DNA of 46,961 nucleotides. Source: a virus (taxonomy: Duplodnaviria; Caudoviricetes). The stretch covers positions 1 through 46,961 of IMG/VR virus record IMGVR_UViG_3300028388_002071; one strand, given 5' to 3'. Numbering within the stretch: the first letter of the stretch is position 1; the number at the start of each line of letters is the position of its first letter. Position numbers and translations under genes: made by a program. Below are positions 43,572 through 46,961 of this stretch, in pieces. The notes under the pieces are model-generated. The model saw only the letters and a program-made list of their open reading frames with translations, was not told the origin of the DNA and did not search any database.

Positions 43572-43613
43572 TAGCTTGTAGGTAATACTAGGACATGTCA
43601 TTAGCCGCCGCAA
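43572..43613 (-). promoter_or_regulatory. Leftward sigma70 promoter with 13-bp operator
   Basis: TTGCGG-17-TAGTAT immediately followed by TACCTACAAGCTA (43572-43584). Confidence 0.75.
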
Positions 43614-43668
43614 GGCTCATGGCGAAAAAAAGTTGGGCGGAAAGTTTTCGCCCAACGGCAACCCCGCC

Positions 43669-43900
43669 CGTGACCAGAACGTGACGCCCCCAGGGCGCCC
43701 ATGGTCCCCCATGGTCACGCGGAGTCACGCCGGCAGGGGGCGGCAGGCCCTAAGCTATTGAAACGGAAGGAGAAGCCCCGAGGGCCATGGATTCACACGG
43801 CAGGGGTCGCTGGTTCGAACCCAGCCGCGCCCACCATAAAATCAGTCACTTACGCCCTGACCGCCTTATGGAAAGCGGCGTGACGTGACTAGAACGTGAC
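43669..43900. repeat. attP arm-type repeats and IHF-like sites
   Basis: CGTGACcAGAACGTGAC (43669-43685) and CGTGACtAGAACGTGAC (43884-43900); AATCAG-N4-TTA at 43839-43851. Confidence 0.6.
43792..43836 (+). other. attP core: 3' half of tRNA-Val(CAC)
   Basis: TT-CAC-AC anticodon loop, GGCAG, GGGTC, T-arm GCTGG-TTCGAAC-CCAGC, acceptor strand and ACCA; next to the integrase 3' end. Confidence 0.88.
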
Positions 43901-44967
43901 TCACCCCCATCCAGCACCGCCACCGCGGCCCGGACGTTTTCGGGCGCGAGGTGGGCATATCGCTCCGTCATCTTGATGGTCGAGTGCCCGAGTAGATCGC
44001 GTACCTCCGGCAGCGCCACCCCGGCCGATACCAGCCACGCCGCGCAAGTGTGCCGGAGGTCGTGCACCGTGAAGTCTGCGATGCCCGCCCGGGCGCATGC
44101 CGAAGCGAAGGACTTCTTCACGCTGGCGACGCGCGCGCCCTTCCTGTTGGCGAACACCCAGGGCGAGCCCGGGCAGTGCGCCGCTCGCCACCGGGCCCGG
44201 GACCGGAGCGCGGCCGCGGCCGTGGCGTTCAGCGGGACCGACCGGGTGCGCCCCGCCTTGTTCGACGCGCGCCCCTCGTCGACGGACAGCAGGATCAGCC
44301 CCCTCGCCAAGTCCACCCGCGACCACTCCAGCCAGAGCAGTTCGCCCCGCCGGCAGCCAGTGTGCAGGGCAAGGAGCACGAAGTCGGCCAGATGGGGAGC
44401 GCGGTATTCCTCGCCGGCCGCGCGGACCAGGGCGGCAGCCTGGGGGCGCGTGAGCCACCGCACCCGGCCCTCGGGCTCCTTCAGCCGGCGGCCGGCGGCC
44501 GGGTTGGGTACGTCCCAATCCAGTTCCCGCCGTGCGTAGTTCAGCGCCGCGGACAGGAGTCCGACTTCCTTGTTGATCGTGCCCGGCTCGACGCCCTCGG
44601 CGAGGCGCGCGTCGATGTACGCGCGAACATCAGCCGGAGACAGCGTGTGTAGGTCTTTGCCGGTGAAGTGAGGCGTCAGCCGGCGCGCGCTATAAGTATC
44701 GCGCTCGGACGCCCGCTTGCGGCGGGATGGGCCGCCTAGGTAGAGCAGCATCAGTTCGTCGTAGGACCGGGACGGTTGCTCGCCCCACTTCGCCTCGCGG
44801 TGCGCCTCCAGGCGCCACTTGCTCAGGAGCGCCGCGGCTTCACGTTGGTCGGCAGTGCCAGTACTGCGGCGAGTTCGTCGGCCGCCCGCGTCGGTGTACG
44901 ACGCCCACCAGAACGGCGAGTCGGCGCGTCGATAGATTCCATCCTTGTCGGCCTTTCGCTTCGGCAT
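43846..44967 (-). CDS. int: Tyrosine recombinase/integrase
   Basis: TGCRRGEL, K, HDLRH, LLGH, TERY catalytic residues. Confidence 0.96.
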   Translation of the reverse strand: MPKRKADKDGIYRRADSPFWWASYTDAGGRRTRRSTGTADQREAAALLSKWRLEAHREAKWGEQPSRSYDELMLLYLGGPSRRKRASERDTYSARRLTPHFTGKDLHTLSPADVRAYIDARLAEGVEPGTINKEVGLLSAALNYARRELDWDVPNPAAGRRLKEPEGRVRWLTRPQAAALVRAAGEEYRAPHLADFVLLALHTGCRRGELLWLEWSRVDLARGLILLSVDEGRASNKAGRTRSVPLNATAAAALRSRARWRAAHCPGSPWVFANRKGARVASVKKSFASACARAGIADFTVHDLRHTCAAWLVSAGVALPEVRDLLGHSTIKMTERYAHLAPENVRAAVAVLDGGESRSSHVTPLSIRRSGRK

Positions 44968-45170
44968 GATTCACCCCCGGGATAATCCCCGGGAGTATGC
45001 CGCGAGCTAATCTGCTCCGCTACCCACTCGCGCACCGCATCGACCGGCACCAGCGTTCGCCGACCAACCCGCACCGCGGGAAGCTCGCCACGGTAGATCA
45101 TGCGGCGCACAGTGCGGGGCGACACCCCGCCGAGTTGATTCGCGGTTTCGTCAAGGGACCAGAGAATCAT
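44823..45170 (-). CDS. xis: Excisionase (HTH) overlapping the 5' end of int
   Basis: SLDETANQLGGVSPRTVRRMIYRGELPAVRVGRRTLV. Confidence 0.8.
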   Translation of the reverse strand: MILWSLDETANQLGGVSPRTVRRMIYRGELPAVRVGRRTLVPVDAVREWVAEQISSRHTPGDYPGGESCRSERPTRMESIDAPTRRSGGRRTPTRAADELAAVLALPTNVKPRRS

Positions 45171-45334
45171 CACTCACCCTTTTGTGACATTGCGGCGTTT
45201 CGCTCTGCTCGGACACATGCGTCGTGCCAGTCCTCGGCGGACTTGCGCAGCCGCTCTATCTCAGCCCGCAAAACATCTGCGGCGTCACCATTTCGCATAG
45301 CCACAAGATTCAGTGCGTGCTCTATATCGTTCAT
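45170..45334 (-). CDS. 54-aa cassette protein (MNDIEHALNL...LRAEIERLRK...GE), not in ORF track
   Basis: Shared GGTGAGTGATG junctions at both ends. Confidence 0.65.
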   Translation of the reverse strand: MNDIEHALNLVAMRNGDAADVLRAEIERLRKSAEDWHDACVRAERNAAMSQKGE

Positions 45335-45591
45335 CACTCACCCTCGATGGCCGCGTCTATGGCGGCATCTGCCATCCGGTCTAATCGTTCTTCTATTGCC
45401 TCATCTGGCGGCAAGTCTCCTAAACTGGGCCACCCACAATTTACACACGCTGCTGGCGACAAATTCAGCCTCGCGTATCTCCACCGCTCAGCATCAGCCC
45501 GCAGCCGTTCGACCTCAGCCAGCGCTTCGTCGCGCTCGCGGACCAACTGGGCGATGGTCGCTGAGTTGTCCCGGTTGAATTCGTCCATCAC
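45334..45591 (-). CDS. Cassette protein (ERDEALAEVERLRADAERW; CxxC)
   Basis: Shared junction and coiled-coil motif. Confidence 0.7.
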   Translation of the reverse strand: MMDEFNRDNSATIAQLVRERDEALAEVERLRADAERWRYARLNLSPAACVNCGWPSLGDLPPDEAIEERLDRMADAAIDAAIEGE

Positions 45592-45821
45592 TCACCTTCC
45601 CGCACGTGGACACCATCCAAGTTCTGCCACGATTCCTCCTGGTACTGGCGAAACTTCCACCACGGACCTGTTACCTCAATGCCGTACTGATCGCGGTTGG
45701 TTGGCGGTGTCACCACTCCGGTTTCTTGGTCCAAGTAAATCGCAACTTTTGTGCCGTCCACGATGACGCGCACAATCGGCCCGTGCTGTGGGTCCATTTC
45801 GAACTCTGCTGATATGTTCAT
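45588..45821 (-). CDS. Hypothetical cassette protein
   Basis: Ends in GE-stop at the shared junction. Confidence 0.65.
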   Translation of the reverse strand: MNISAEFEMDPQHGPIVRVIVDGTKVAIYLDQETGVVTPPTNRDQYGIEVTGPWWKFRQYQEESWQNLDGVHVREGE

Positions 45822-46144
45822 TTCAGCCGCCCTACCTCAGCCCGCAACCGCTCAACCTCGGCCCGCGCCTTGTCGCGTTCTGTCTCGGCTGCTAACGTGA
45901 TTTCAAATGCTCCTCGCAGTGCGGCCTCTAGTCGCTCTACCTCAGCCCGCGCCTCGTCGCGCTCGCGGCGGCACCCTAACAACAACGTCAGGTCGACTAC
46001 CTCATCAGGGATCGCAATATCCCCGGTGTTGTCTATACGCCCGTTCCTACGGCGGTACTGGTATTCGCAGACGCCACCTCCGACGCGGCTGTGCGGACGG
46101 TCGCGGTCCCAAAAACCGCACTCGCATTTGATCGGCTCCATCAC
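45818..46144 (-). CDS. Cassette protein (Cys/His N-terminus, two ERD.ARAEVERL motifs)
   Basis: Shared motif and junction. Confidence 0.65.
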   Translation of the reverse strand: MMEPIKCECGFWDRDRPHSRVGGGVCEYQYRRRNGRIDNTGDIAIPDEVVDLTLLLGCRRERDEARAEVERLEAALRGAFEITLAAETERDKARAEVERLRAEVGRLK

Positions 46145-46377
46145 TCACCTCCTCGCTGTTGGATGGCAGCGAGCCTCGCGTCCATATCTGAGTCGCCGAG
46201 AGTCGATACCCCAGGCACTACGCCTGCGTCGATCAATGCACGACGCAACCGCACGGTATGCACCAGTCGAGCAATCCAACGATGCCCCGCGTAGCGAGCG
46301 CCCGCATACGCAGCGCCGATCAGTGTAGAGCCATTTCGCTCGGCCCACCCGACGGCAAAATACAGGCCTTCCATCAT
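46141..46377 (-). CDS. Hypothetical cassette protein
   Basis: Ends in GE-stop at the shared junction. Confidence 0.55.
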   Translation of the reverse strand: MMEGLYFAVGWAERNGSTLIGAAYAGARYAGHRWIARLVHTVRLRRALIDAGVVPGVSTLGDSDMDARLAAIQQRGGE

Positions 46378-46760
46378 TCACCCTCCCGCGCCGCGTCGAT
46401 GTCACCATCCCACGCTCGACGGTCAATGTGGCAGTAGTAGGCCAAGTCGTCGCTATTCGCCTTGTCCCGCAGCCACCGATACCGCTCAGCGTCAGCCCGC
46501 AGCCGCGCGCACTCAGCCCGCGCCTCGTCGCGCTCACTCTCCGCATTGTGCAGCCGCTCGACTTCTGCGCGTAATTCTTGAACCAGCCGTGCCTTGTCTC
46601 TGCACTGGTTTTTCATGCCGCACCGCTGGTGGTCGTATACGTCCATCGCTCTCCTCTCCGTGACTTTCAAGATTTGGCAGATGACAACCGCGATCAGGTA
46701 AAACACCCCGACCATGAACACCGCCCCGGCCGCGGTAAGGAACAAGCCGACCCACTCCAT
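46374..46760 (-). CDS. Cassette protein with N-terminal TM helix and ERDEARAE..RLRADAERYRWLR
   Basis: Shared motif and junction. Confidence 0.7.
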   Translation of the reverse strand: MEWVGLFLTAAGAVFMVGVFYLIAVVICQILKVTERRAMDVYDHQRCGMKNQCRDKARLVQELRAEVERLHNAESERDEARAECARLRADAERYRWLRDKANSDDLAYYCHIDRRAWDGDIDAAREGE

Positions 46761-46903
46761 CAGTCGCCACCCCGCTTCTTCGCTTCCTCGTAGACCCGGC
46801 GCGCCCGCTTGGTGTCGCAGTGCGGCGCGCGCCCCCAGGGCGACGCCTTCCGCGCGAGACGCCCCTTCCTTTGCTGCTCCAGTCGATCAGGGTTATGTGG
46901 CAT
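46760..46903 (-). CDS. 47-aa basic protein (MPHNPDRLEQQRKG...), starts inside the terminal overlap
   Basis: TGATG coupling on both sides once the genome is circularised. Confidence 0.45.
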   Translation of the reverse strand: MPHNPDRLEQQRKGRLARKASPWGRAPHCDTKRARRVYEEAKKRGGD

Positions 46904-46961
46904 CAGATTTTCCGCTCAGTTGAGCCCGCCGGCCGGCAATCCCGGCAGGCTTGCGGATCGA
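46863..46961 (+). repeat. Terminal direct repeat, copy 2
   Basis: Identical to 1-99. Confidence 0.95.

Larger units (their letters stand above)
1..46961. mobile_element. Complete circular temperate phage genome (sipho-like: lambdoid control and replication, Mu-like head genes)
   Basis: Integrase with attP, CI/Cro, replication, terminase, portal, capsid, tail, tape measure and lysis genes all present; exact 99-bp terminal overlap. Confidence 0.95.

Noticed and set aside
43792-43836. Functional tRNA gene
   Set aside because: Only the 3' half is present; upstream sequence gives no D-arm or 5' acceptor strand
45168-46382. CRISPR array or integron attC cassettes
   Set aside because: Repeats are 11 bp, non-palindromic, unevenly spaced and coincide with stop/start overlaps; the integrase is of phage type

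Overview
This window looks like a complete, circular temperate tailed-phage genome of about 46.86 kb, high GC, probably infecting a proteobacterium. Bases 1-99 are repeated exactly at 46863-46961 and the leftward operon continues across the join. Gene order: leftward early operon (pentapeptide protein, DUF932, Bet, YqaJ exonuclease, an array of small cassette-like genes, xis, tyrosine integrase, attP in the 3' half of tRNA-Val(CAC)); CI/Cro switch; replication (O-like, P-like, SSB, RusA); a late operon that starts with a DNA-modification-like module; terminase; a Mu-like portal/F/protease head with lambda D/E-type capsid; a 4.4-kb lysis and accessory block inside the tail module; and a long tail with a multi-LamG adhesin. 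Most unusual features: (1) a ParB-DNA methyltransferase split by a PLP-dependent ACC-deaminase-like domain and translationally coupled to a SET-domain gene, a candidate new base-hypermodification system; (2) a MuF head protein carrying both a kinase-like domain and an ADP-ribosyltransferase, followed by three small genes, two of which are absent from the ORF track; (3) a 13-bp operator (TAsC-N5-GsTA) at five leftward promoters and the CI/Cro region; (4) a stand-alone NrdD glycyl-radical mini-domain. All calls come from reading motifs by eye; no database searches were run.
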